This document shows, one piece after another, positions 1 through 10,532 of a stretch of 64,000 nucleotides of DNA. Numbering within the stretch: the first letter of the stretch is position 1; each line of letters begins with the position of its first letter. Origin of the DNA: Pristiophorus japonicus. Its lineage: Eukaryota. Position numbers and translations under genes: made by a program. The stretch covers positions 24,242,001 to 24,306,000 of the forward strand of contig NC_091998.1 in the NCBI RefSeq assembly GCF_044704955.1, given 5' to 3'. Below the pieces are notes generated by a model, which worked only from the letters and a program-made list of their open reading frames with translations, was not told where the DNA came from and searched no databases.

Positions 1-156
1 CTTATTTTTTTCTCACTATTAACAATTTACCATCTACCTTTTGCCTCTGCTGTGACACTGTCATTTTTCCCCTCCCCCATTCCCAAGGAGGCCAGAATGG
101 GTATTCCATTGACAATACCACTGGATCTGTGCTTAATGGAAATAGAGGAGGAACAG

Positions 157-157
<1 letters not shown>

Positions 158-245
<88 letters not shown>
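158..245. repeat. (GAAA)n microsatellite, about 22 units; expanded tail of the adjacent SINE
   Basis: Perfect repeat directly abutting GACTTGCAATTATATAGCGCC, the reverse complement of the SINE tail. Confidence 0.97.
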
Positions 246-247
<2 letters not shown>

Positions 248-430
248 CTTGCAATTATATAGCGCCTTTCATGACCACTGGACATCTCAAAGTGCTTTAT
301 AGCCAATGAAGTACTTTTGGAGTGTAGTCACTGTTATAATGTAGGGAAACGCAGCAGCCAACTTACGCACAGCAAGCTCCCACAAACAGCAATGCGATAA
401 TGAGCAGATAATCTGCTTTTGTTATGTTGA
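158..430 (-). mobile_element. SINE 3' part (DeuSINE/SacSINE-like, L2-type tail)
   Basis: Same sequence recurs at about 3933, 34165, 40550 and 43925; tail GGCGCTATAT-AATTGCAAGTC(TTTC)n on the minus strand. Confidence 0.8.
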
Positions 431-1264
431 GACATGGGAGCCACCAGGAACCCGTCCACTGGAACTCCGCTCCAAGTTGTTCCTTCCTCTAACTGATCCA
501 GGAACGGTGCTTGTGCAGGTTGTGCTTCATAAGGGAAGCCACCAATGACTCATGCCACATGCTGCAACCTGTCTTACTGCCTCTACCATAGATACTGCGC
601 TGCTAGTGTCTGCCAAGGTCACCACCACCCCAAACTTTTATGATACAGGGTCTCTGTACTGTAATGATGTCGTTGAAAATTACAATATATTGTCTCTGGG
701 GTGTCAATCAGCTTTGCACATTTGCATCAAGCAAGTTGCAGATGCACTGTTTGTTTGAGTAAGCCAGTCCATCACATTGTCCATAGACTGACCATTGCCA
801 GCATGACAGGGCACTGCAATTTATTGACTGGAAGGATTCCCCGGAGTACAAGAAGTCATAAGTGGCATTTATATATACTCCCTTCATCAATCCCATGATG
901 TACATCAACAGGTAAGGATTTTACTCACTCAATGCCAGGGTCATTTATGACCAGCAACACTGCATAATGCCAGTAAATGCTCGTTTTCCTGGTAGCTACC
1001 ATGACACCTTTATTTTAAGGCAGTCTACTGTTCCAGCATTCTTTCAACTAGAAAGCCAAATGTTTGCATGGATTCTAGCAGGTCAAGGCTATTGCTTGGG
1101 TACATTCATGTGCCGTACCAAAGGTCCATTCTGCCACTTGAGTCATTATCGAGCACACTATTTGAATTGGTCTGGGATGCTGTGCAGTATAATCCAGCTA
1201 GAGTCTCAAGGACATTGGTGGTGTGCTGCAAGCTGCACAACTTTTGGTGAACTGCAGTAAGGCA

Positions 1265-1570
1265 GGCAAACATGATGGCCAAATCCCACATACAGCAATG
1301 AGATAGAATCTGTTTTAGCTGGTGTGGTTGAGGGATAAATGTTGTCTGGAATGCCAAGAGAACTCCCCTGCTCCTCGTCAACTAGTCATATGGGATCTTT
1401 TCCATTCACCTGAGCAGGCACCCGGAGCCTTGGTTTGATATCTCATCTGAAAAATAGCACCTCCGAATGTACATCACTTCTCAATACTGCACTGAAGTGT
1501 CAGGCTAAATTACGTGTTCCAATCTCTAGAGTGGGGCTTAAACTCATAACGTTTTGACTCAGAGGCCAAG
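1265..1570 (-). mobile_element. Diverged SINE of the same family (core plus tRNA-like head)
   Basis: Similar to the copies at 4100-4290 and 40700-40950. Confidence 0.7.
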
Positions 1571-1923
1571 GCCAACTTTCAATACAATCTAATAATAGAG
1601 GATTACCATATCTGTCCACTATATGACCTATTCTGCCTACATATTCCCATTTGCTAACAGAAAAATATAATCAGCAGGCACATCACTGTGTGCATCAATG
1701 CCAATGGCTCCCAATCGTGCCACCTCATCAAACCTTGCCAAAAACAATGTCTGTATACACAGCAATTTTAATGCACCATCATTTTACTCAAAACCCACCC
1801 ATGCTACCTTTAGGTTCAAGTGCAGGAAATGCAACATCTTAAAGAAAGCCTTGTGCTTCCCCGACATGCTACCTGTAATGTATGCACCTGTGAGTATGCT
1901 CACAGGTTTGTTGAATTGCTAAG

Positions 1924-2412
1924 GGTAGGTCTGAGGGCCTCCTCGTAGGACTGCTCCTGGGCACGGCCAAGGGTGCCATCAGCCGGTCCAGGCAGCGGGC
2001 GGTCGAGGGGGTCGTTCAGCCCGACTGCCTGCCTCTCTTCCGTGCGTACATCCGGGCCAGGGTGTCCTTGGAGATGGAGCACGCGGTGTCCACCGGTACG
2101 CTCGCGGCCTTCCGCGAGAGGTGGGCGCCGGAGGGACTGGAGTGCATCATCACCCTCGGCAACCAAATTTTTATTTGATTTTATGTTTTAAAGTTTCATT
2201 TGTTTTAATTGCTGGGTTTTAGTGTCCCCCTCCCCTTTTATAGGGGGCACTTGTAAATTATATGATTTTATTGCCCAAAAAATTTTTTTTAAACAACAAA
2301 ACAAAAAAAAATTAAAAAAACACAAAAAAAAGGGCAGTTGAAAAGTGGCTGGAGTGTTCCCCAGATTAGGGGGCACTTGATTTAATGTTAATTATGTTTT
2401 ACTCCAAAAGAG
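1924..2412 (+). mobile_element. Tx1-clade non-LTR retrotransposon 3' end, copy 1
   Basis: Encodes GRSEGLLVGLLLGTAKGAISRSRQ...DCLPLFRAYIRARVSLEMEHAVSTGTLAAFRERWAPEGLECII*, resembling a Tx1 ORF2 C-terminus; flanked by 16-bp TTGTTGAAYTGCTAAG. Confidence 0.8.
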
Positions 2413-2428
2413 TTGTTGAACTGCTAAG

Positions 2429-2958
2429 GGTAGGTCCGAGGGCCTCCTCGTAGGACTGCTCCTGGGCACGGCCAAGGGGGCCATCAGCCGGTCCAGGCAG
2501 CGGGCGGTCGAGGAGGTCGTTCAGCCTCTCTTCTGCGCCTACATCCGGGCCAGGGAATCCCTAGAGATGGAGCACGCGGTGTCCACCGGTATGCTCGCGG
2601 CCTTCCGCAAGAGGTGGGCACCGGAGGGACTGGAGTGCATTATTACCCCCGGCAACCAAATTTTAATTTGATTTTATGTTTTAAAGTTTAATTTGTTTTA
2701 ATTGCCAGTGTTTTTAGTGTCCCCCTCCCCTTTTATAGGGGGCACTTGCAAAATTATATGGGTTTAATGCCCCCAAAAAAAAATCACAAAAAAACCCACA
2801 AAAAACCCCCCCAAAAAACAAACAAAAAAAACAACAAAAAAAAACACAAAAAAAAATTTATTAGAAAAAGGGGCAGTTAAGTGTCTGGAGTGTCCCCCAG
2901 ATCGGGAGGCACTTGACCTAGTGTCTATTTTGTCCCTCCCCACACCCCCCCAAAAGAG
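2429..2958 (+). mobile_element. Tx1-clade non-LTR retrotransposon 3' end, copy 2
   Basis: Same ORF2 tail with substitutions and a small deletion; different distal 3' UTR; flanked by the same 16-bp duplication. Confidence 0.8.
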
Positions 2959-3932
2959 TTGTTGAACTGCTAAGTTAGGCTTAGCCAGTCACGTGATGGT
3001 CACAAGACTCAATAAAACCCCAGCCAGTTGGGTTCAGGGGATGCACGAAGAGGCAGGAGGTTGTGAGCCTGGTGGATGAACTGGTAATGCGTAGTGCGAT
3101 TGTTAAACCTTTTGCTAATAAAAAAATGAGTTCTTAATAGCGATGTGTTGCTATGAATTATTAAGCAAAGAACCCGGGAAGCAAATACATTGCACTACCC
3201 AAGTGTCAGGAGTGCTTGAGGTAGCTGGCTACTGTGTTCTGTTTTGAGCATCCTGAGAATCACGGTATCTAATCTGAGATGGATCTTCTGCAGGCTGCAT
3301 CTCTTGTGTTTCTGCAATGGGGCAACTGGAGGAACATGTTATTATTCTAGTGGCTATCCCCAACCAGATCCATTCAAGGTATCTTCAAACCCAAGTAAAC
3401 ACTACTTAGATCCCCATGAAAGCGGCTGCCACACATTATGTGCCAAAGGAGTTAAGTCATGGTTGGTCATTCAGTCAGTGAACACTTCCATTCAAACCGT
3501 ACACTATAGCAACTCCTGGCAACAAAAGATACATCTGTGCCATAGATACATGCAATGCAGAGTGTGGGGGGTTTCTTTGCTTGATTTTGTATTCTTTTCT
3601 TTTTTATGACTAAAAGTGCAGTCATCTTTCAACTGTGTGCTTTTTTATTCAGATGTTTCCTTTTATTAAAAAAGTACTTTTTAGTTCTTATAATTTGTTT
3701 AGTCCAATTTATATTCAGATAAATTAAACACAAGGCAATTGCAACCTCATAATACATTGCTTCCTACAACCTTTTCCATTTATACATTAAAAATCTTGTG
3801 TACGCATAAACTCCCTGTCTAACTTCCTCTTGTCACAATTTTGATCACCCTTTTATGTCAACATTAAACATTGAAACTGCTTATTTAAACATCTAGAATA
3901 GAAATCTTACATGTAAAGAGTTAACTGTAAAA

Positions 3933-4291
3933 TAAGACTTTCATTTATATAGCGCCTTTCATGACCACTGGATATACCAAAGCACTTTACAGCCAATTAA
4001 GTACTCTTTGAAGTATAATCACGATTGTAACAGGAAATGCAGCAGCCAATTCGTGCACAGCAAGCTCCCACAAATAGCAATGTGGTAATGAACAGATAAT
4101 TTGTTTTAGTGATGTTGATTGAGGGATTAAATATTGGCCAGTACACCGGGGATAACTCCCCTGCTCTTCTTCACATCCACATCCAGTGGATCTTTTGCAT
4201 CCACCTGAGAGGGCAGACGGGGCCTCGATTTAACGTCTCATCCGAAAGACGGCACATCTGACAGTACAGCACTCCCTCAGTACTGCACTGG
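3933..4291 (-). mobile_element. DeuSINE/SacSINE-like SINE ending in a fold-back
   Basis: Matches other SINE copies in the window; 4261-4291 is inverted at 4300-4330. Confidence 0.8.
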
Positions 4292-6209
4292 CTGAGACTC
4301 CAGTGCAGTGCTGAGAGAGTGCTGCACTGTAATGATGTTGTTGCAAATTCTAATCACTAGGTGATGCTGTAGAGTATGTTTCTGAAGTCTCCCAACACCA
4401 TCACCATCTTGTGTTTAAAAAAATACTTGACCAGAAGCAATGTCAGCAATACTTTACTGGTATATATACACCACATGAGAATATAAGCAATCATCATGGG
4501 AAGAAATGTTGCATTGTTGTTCAATAATAATTAAAAAAGAGATTGGCATTAAACCCAGTGTACTCCTTTTCTATACTAATCAATGAAAGGAAGAGTGATA
4601 ATATTCCCTGCCTAGCCTTCCCTCAGTGATCGGAGAACACCACAGGCCACCGATTCACCCCGCCCCCCGCCCTCCCCACGCCCCAGGCCATCAATTCCCC
4701 CGCACCCACCAGGCCTCCACATGGCCTCCCTCTCCCCGCAACCCCGATCTTCCCCGTGCTGTACCTGGCCCCTGATCTTCTGCAAATCCCACCTCCTACG
4801 CCCGTGATCTTAGTGAGATGACCCCCCACCCCACCCCACCCCACCCCACCCCCCCACGATTCCTCCCTCCTCTGTGCGGCAAAGTGCCACAGGCCTACCC
4901 ACCCAGTCCCAGTCAGCCTCTCACTCTGGCTGGCTGCGTGTGGGAAACAGTTGCTTCACATGCAAATCAGGCCCTGCCATCAAAATCGGAGGAACTCGAC
5001 CTCTCGGGTTGTCCGACCACCTTTGCCCCACCTGCCCCCAACCCGCCCTGCCCATGAACATTCAGCACCACGTGTTTAGTGTCAGCGTGTAGTGGTTTCT
5101 GCTTCACACTGATGCCAGCATTTGTACAAGTGCAAGTTGGATATTGAGATCCAAGCTGAGTCTGAAGGGAAGTGGAGTGAGACGAGCCCCTGCGAGGAGT
5201 CTCACTCGACTTTGCTCTGGATTCTGGTATATTTACACTGTAACAGCTGCATTGTGCAAAGCTACAGTAATAGTGCGAACACATCCCAATGGCGTGATTG
5301 CTAAAAGCAGAAGACATAATAGTTACCAGTCCAGTCGCAGCAGATGTTTTGATCATTTCTAAATAAGGCAACATTATTACACAGGAGTAGGCGACCCTTT
5401 TCAATCCTGATGAAACGTTAAGTAGATTTCTCTTTGCAATATTTCTCTTTTTATTTCAGATTTAGTTCTGGTTTTAGTTCTGCATTATCACACTGAGTTT
5501 TGAAGCTATTTACATTTTTTCTTTCTGGTGAACCTTTGTTCTTTCGGTTTATATTTGAGAAGCACCAAACTGTATTTATAATCTACAAGGTTCAGTCCAG
5601 GGCCACTTTGAGCCCCACCTGCTCCTTTGTCTGCTCCTGTGTCGTGTTACAGAGTATCTGCTTTACATGAAGTCATTGCCTTTTCATCCCATTTACTCTA
5701 GTGTCTGTGTTTTAATTCCCCCCGGTATCAATCAACACCTGCACTGGGTATCAAACCTGTACTTGATACTGTAGTTAGCACTTTGTTAAATATGCCCGAG
5801 TCTCTTTCTCCTCAACCAGTGGACCAAAGAGTTGCAAATTTCTCAGAGAAGGATGTAGATCACATCATGTCTTTAGTTTCATTGGGCTAGACTTTCCACT
5901 TTCTGGCTAAGGCCGAAAAAAATGGACCTTGTTCCAGCAATGCGGGACCTATCACCCGTGCTGATCGCCGGCTCAAGGCCCTTTTTTTTTGCAATTTTCC
6001 GCTCGGCCTTAACGCAGCGATGTCAAATAGGCGATGTCATTTCTCGGCGATCTCACGATCGCCCAAAGAAAACAAAAGTGAATGAAAAAAAAAGCTTCCC
6101 CAGCAACTCATTACTGCGCATGTGATTTTTTTTTCAGGTTGATGCTCTTTCCCGTGTTTTGAGAGGTCAAGGGTCTTCACACATGCTCAGAATCTCTGTG
6201 TGGGTCTGG

Positions 6210-6240
<31 letters not shown>

Positions 6241-6289
6241 AAGGAAGCAGGTTTGAAAGTGGTATTGAAAATACAGATAAATTTAAAGA

Positions 6290-6532
6290 ATGGAGGGAGG
6301 TGCAGCAAAGAGAAGGGCCAAACCCTTTAGCGAAGAGGCAAATGAGGCCCTCGTGAATGCAGTAAGTTCCAGGTGGGAGGATCTGACACGGGATGGAGAG
6401 GGGAAACCTCCACCCCGTGCATATCGCAGGATTTGGTCCGAAATTGCCGATGTAGTCACGTCGGCCTCCAAAGAAACGCACACACCAGACCAGTGCCACA
6501 AACGGTGGAACAGCCTACTGGCAGCTGCGAGA
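6290..6532 (+). CDS. Harbinger Myb/SANT-like DNA-binding protein, exon 1
   Basis: MEGGAAKRRAKPFSEEANEALVNAVSSRWEDL...IWSEIADVVTS...HTPDQCHKRWNSLLAAAR, a trihelix/MSANTD pattern; GTAAGT donor at 6533; phase 0. Confidence 0.85.
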
Positions 6533-6619
6533 GTAAGTTGAAATTTAGATTTATGTATTATTTAATGATCTAAATAGTAACTAAAATCTGCAATGTTATT
6601 GGGTTACATTTAAACATAA

Positions 6620-8484
6620 CTAAACAGTGGAAGACACAAAAACCATGCCAAAAATTGCTGGTCACAGGAATGTGGGAAGGGAGGACCTTGAGACAATCAC
6701 TATCACTAGGGGGGTAGTGCTGGACAGGCTAATGGGACTCAAGGTAGACAAGTCCCCTGGTCCTGATGAAATGCTTCCCAGGGTATTAAAAGAGATGGCG
6801 GAAGTTATAGCAGATGCATTCATTATAATCTACCAAAATTCTCTGGACTCTGGGGAGGTACCAGCGGATTGGAAAGCAGCTAATGTAACGCCTCTGTTTA
6901 AAAAAGGGGCAGACAAAAGGCAGGTAACTATAGGCCGGTTAGGTTAACATCTGTAGTGGGGAAAATGCTTGAAACTATCATTAAGGAAGAAATAGCGGGA
7001 CATCTAGATAGGAATAGTGCAATCAAGCAGACGCAGCATGGATTCATGAAGAGGAAATCATGTTTAACTAATTTACTGGAATTCTTTGAGGATATAACGA
7101 GCATGGTGGATAGAGTGTACCGATGGACGTGGTGTATTTAGATTTCCAAAAGGCATTCGATAAGGTGCCACACAAAAGGTTACTGCAGAAGATAAAGGCA
7201 CGCGGAGTCAGAGGAAATATATTAGCATGGATAGAGAATTGGCTGGCTAACAGAAAGCAGAGAGTCGGGATAAATGGGTCCATTTCGGGTTGGAAATCGG
7301 TGGTTAGTGGTGTGTCACAGGGATCGGTGCTGGGACCACAACTGTTTACAATATACATAGATGACCTGGAAGAGGGGACAGAGTGTAGTGTAACAAAATT
7401 TGTAGATGACACAAAGATTAGTGGGAAAGCGGGTTGTGTCGAGGACACAGAGAGGCTGCAAAGAGATTTAGATAGGTTAAGCGAATGGGCTAAGGTTTGG
7501 CAGATGGAATACAATGTTGGAAAGTGTGAGGTCATCCACCTTGGGAAAAAAAAAGTAAAAGGGAATATTATTTGAATGGGGAGAAATTACAACATGCTGA
7601 GGTGCAAAGGGACCTGGGGGTCCTTGTGCATGAAACTCTTTTTGGAGTTTATCTGCAAAACATAAAACATTAAACTGTGCCACCCGACCTGGGTGACACA
7701 CCAGACATTTACAAGGCCCTTTTTTCCCTTTTTTTCCTTTTTTTTTTTGAGTTTTTCTTTTTTTTTTGGGGCACTAAAATCACAATTTAAGTTAGTTTGC
7801 AGGTGCAGCAGGTAATCAGGAAGGTGAATGGAATGTTGGCCTTCATTGTGAGAGGGATGGAGTACAAAAGCAGGGAGGTCCTTCTGCAACTGTATAGGGT
7901 ATTGGTGAGGCCGCACCTGGAGTACTGCGTGCAGTTTTGGTCACCTTACTTAAGGAAGGATATACAAGCTTTGGAGGGGGTACAGAGACGATTCACTAGG
8001 CTGATTCCAGAGATGAGGGGGTTACCTTATGATGATAGATTGAGTAGACTGGGTCTTTACTCGTTGGAGTTCAGAAGGATGAGGGATGATCTTATAGAAA
8101 CATTTAAAATAATGAAAGGGATAGACAAGATAGAGGCAGAGAGGTTGTTTCCACTGGTCGGGGAAACTAGAACTAGGGGGCACAGCCTCAAAATACGGGG
8201 GAGCCAATTTAAAACCGAGTTGAGAAGGAATTTCTTCTCCCAGAGGGTTGTGAATCTGTGGAATTCTCTGCCCAAGGAAGCAGTTGAGGCTAGCTCATTG
8301 AATGTATTCAAGTCACAGATAGATAGATTTTTAACCAATAAGGGAATTAAGGGTTATGGGGAGCAGGCGGGTAAGTGGAGCTGAGTCCACGGCCAGATCA
8401 GCTATGATCTTGTTGAACGGCGGAGCAGGCTCGAGGGGCTAGATGGCCTACTCCTGTTCCAAATTCTTATGTTCTTATGTTCTT
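6620..8484 (+). mobile_element. 5'-truncated CR1 LINE (RT region, frameshifted) in intron 1 of the Myb gene
   Basis: KSPGPD, DVVYLDFQKAFDKVPH, QGSVLGP, KFVDDTK and RPHLEYCVQFWSP motifs; (TTCTTATG)n tail. Confidence 0.95.
7635..7788 (-). mobile_element. Tx1 3' UTR fragment inserted antisense within the CR1
   Basis: Absent from the sister CR1 at about 26885; its reverse complement resembles the Tx1 3' UTRs at 2260-2412 and 2750-2958 and ends CCAAAAAGAG. Confidence 0.8.
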
Positions 8485-8659
8485 AAATTATGAAAAAGTT
8501 ATGCAACTCAGCATAAAGTTAAATGTTGTAGTGCGAAATATGCAACGTAATGCTAATTTGTAATAGAACATTTAAATCTGTCAGTTGTAAATGTCTTCAA
8601 TGTCTTAAATTGCCTGATCAATTTGCTTATGGCATGCAATTTTATCGTATCATTTACAG

Positions 8660-8819
8660 AAGAAGATCTCAATCAATAATCGGGAGCAACGGAGGACAGG
8701 TGGGGGTGCTGCCATGATGCACACATTAAGTGCTTACGAGGAGCTCACGGTGTCCTTGGTGGAACCAGAAAGCCATTCAGTCACATCCTGTGGTGTGGCC
8801 GAACCCACCCTTGAGATAT
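8660..8819 (+). CDS. Harbinger Myb/SANT-like protein, exon 2
   Basis: TTTACAG acceptor; in-frame KKISINNREQRRTGGG...AEPTLEI (K/R-rich TGGG motif typical of this family); GTGAGT donor at 8820; phase 1. Confidence 0.85.
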
Positions 8820-9093
8820 GTGAGTAATGAAAAATGTGCATTTTGCAATGTGTGAATCATTAGTAAATATTGAAAATATTGTCGTTACGCATGTAATGTT
8901 ATGCAATTATAATATAATCTGATATGTAATTGTGATGTACTATAGATCTTCGAATGAGGTCATGTTAGGTCATGTTAAACCTTGTGATCACTTGTGCATA
9001 TAGGGTAATGGAAAACATTGCGATGTTTTCAGTTCGAGAAAAATTGTAATGTAATGATTTGAATTGATTTAAACGTTGTTTATCAAATTAAAG

Positions 9094-9929
9094 GTCAAGT
9101 GGTTGTCGAGTCGGTGGAATCCACTACCACTGAACAGTCTCCAAGATCGCCGGAGGATGAAGAAGAAGAGGAGCAGCTGCGGATTCCTGCTGCTGTATAT
9201 CAGCAGGAGGAGGAGGAGATTGACGAGGAGACGGAAGAAGAAGAAGAGATTTTTGTCGGGGGGGAACAACCTGCAGCCATCTCAGTTGAGATGGAAGAAG
9301 GACCGGGACCAAGCGGTGTGCAGGTGGCAACGCCAAGGCGCGTCATATTGCAAACGCCGACCCCACGGAGGTCCGGTCAGCATGGCGAGCAATCGCTTGC
9401 CTTGGAGGGCCAGACAGAGAGCTTGATTTCCCTGTGCAGGAAGACGGTCACAATTGGTCGCGACCTTATCCAGGGGTTCGTGGGATTCTCTGCGAACTGG
9501 AGCCAGTTCTCTGCGAATTGGAGCCAGTTTCCAGTATCCTGGAGCGAGTTCTGCCAGAACTTCTCGAACTGATCTTTTGAGCAGGCACAGACTGCTCGGG
9601 AGACGTTGGAGGCAATTCGGCAGCAGACAGCCGCAACCAATGCCCTACGGCATGCGTTGCTGGCTGGACACGGCGCTGCACCCCAAGGTGTCAGGTCTGC
9701 TCGCAGCGAGACCCCGAGCACGCAAGCAAGTACGGAGGACACAGTTCCTTCGGACTCGGAAGTGGAGCCTCAGGCTTCTGCTTCCTCTCCGTCACCTCCA
9801 CCACCGCAGGAAGTCTTGACATCCCACTCTGCACAACATCTTGGTGTCGGTCTGCGTAGATCAAAACGGGCGGGTGGGGTGCGTACACTGGGTGGGACAG
9901 GATCTGGAGGGAAACGTGGCCGCAGGTAG
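9094..9929 (+). CDS. Harbinger Myb/SANT-like protein, exon 3 (one internal TGA at 9570-9572)
   Basis: TAAAG acceptor with matching phase; acidic tract, W-heptad repeats and a basic C-terminus; ORFs 9099-9572 and 9606-9929 are in the same frame. Confidence 0.75.
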
Positions 9930-10001
9930 GGAGGGGGGAGTGTTTCTCTGTAGTTCACCTGTTTTAAAATGTTCACTTGTTATTACCATTTTATTATACT
10001 C

Positions 10002-10045
10002 TTGTTATTGTTATTGTTATTGTTATTGTTATTGTTATTGTTACT
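10002..10045. repeat. (TTGTTA)n microsatellite
   Basis: Direct observation. Confidence 0.9.
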
Positions 10046-10120
10046 AAATTGGCTAATTGTATTCAATAGTTAAATGTTCACTTGTTATCATTACTTAACT
10101 TTTCACTTTCCATTCTTTCT

Positions 10121-10532
10121 GAAGTGGTCATTTGTTATCACGACTGAAATGGTCACTTGTTGTCATGACTGAAATTGTCGCATGTTATCAAGACTGAAAT
10201 GGTCACTTGTTAGCATGACTGAGATGGTCACTTGTTATCATCACTGAAATGGTCACTTGTTAGCATGACTCGGTCACTTGTTAGCATGACTGAAATGGTC
10301 AATTGTTATCATCACTGAAATGGTCACTTGTTAGCATGACTGAGATGGTCACTTGTTGTCATCACTGAAATGGTCACTTGTTAGCATGACTGAAATGGTC
10401 AATTGTTATCATAATTGAAATGGTCACTTGTTAGCGTGACTGAGATGGTCACTTGTTGTCATTACTGAAATGGTCACTTGTTAGCGTGACTGAAATGGTC
10501 ACTTGTTATCATCACTGAAATGGCCACTTGTT
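10121..10532. repeat. 25-bp minisatellite, about 16 units (CACTTGTTAGCATGACTGAAATGGT)
   Basis: Head-to-tail variant units with no spacers, inside the Harbinger element. Confidence 0.9.

Larger units (their letters stand above)
97..1260 (+). pseudogene. Degenerate PIF/Harbinger DDE transposase (HARBI1-like), interrupted by a SINE
   Basis: Frame-broken translation gives ...ERCLCRLCFIRE...CHMLQP...VSAKVTTTPNFYDTGS...SQSALHICIKQVADAL...GFPGVQ...NR*GFYSLN...IMPVNARFPGSYHDTFILRQS...WILAGQGY, which matches Harbinger transposase motifs. Many stops and frameshifts. Confidence 0.85.
1874..3194 (+). mobile_element. Solo LTR (Gypsy-type) interrupted by two Tx1 fragments
   Basis: Ends TGTAATGTAT...ATACATTGCA (TG...CA with inverted termini); 5-bp TSD CTACC at 1869-1873 and 3195-3199; internal AATAAA. 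Confidence 0.85.

Noticed and set aside
27-309. ORFs with FLSF or KKER repeats
   Set aside because: Translations of the (GAAA)n microsatellite.
3200-5800. Possible GDF2 exons expected from synteny; ORFs 3244-3609 and 4967-5404
   Set aside because: No TGF-beta family cysteine pattern or other recognisable homology.
10121-10532. CRISPR-like periodic array
   Set aside because: No unique spacers, no cas genes, vertebrate context; it is a minisatellite.
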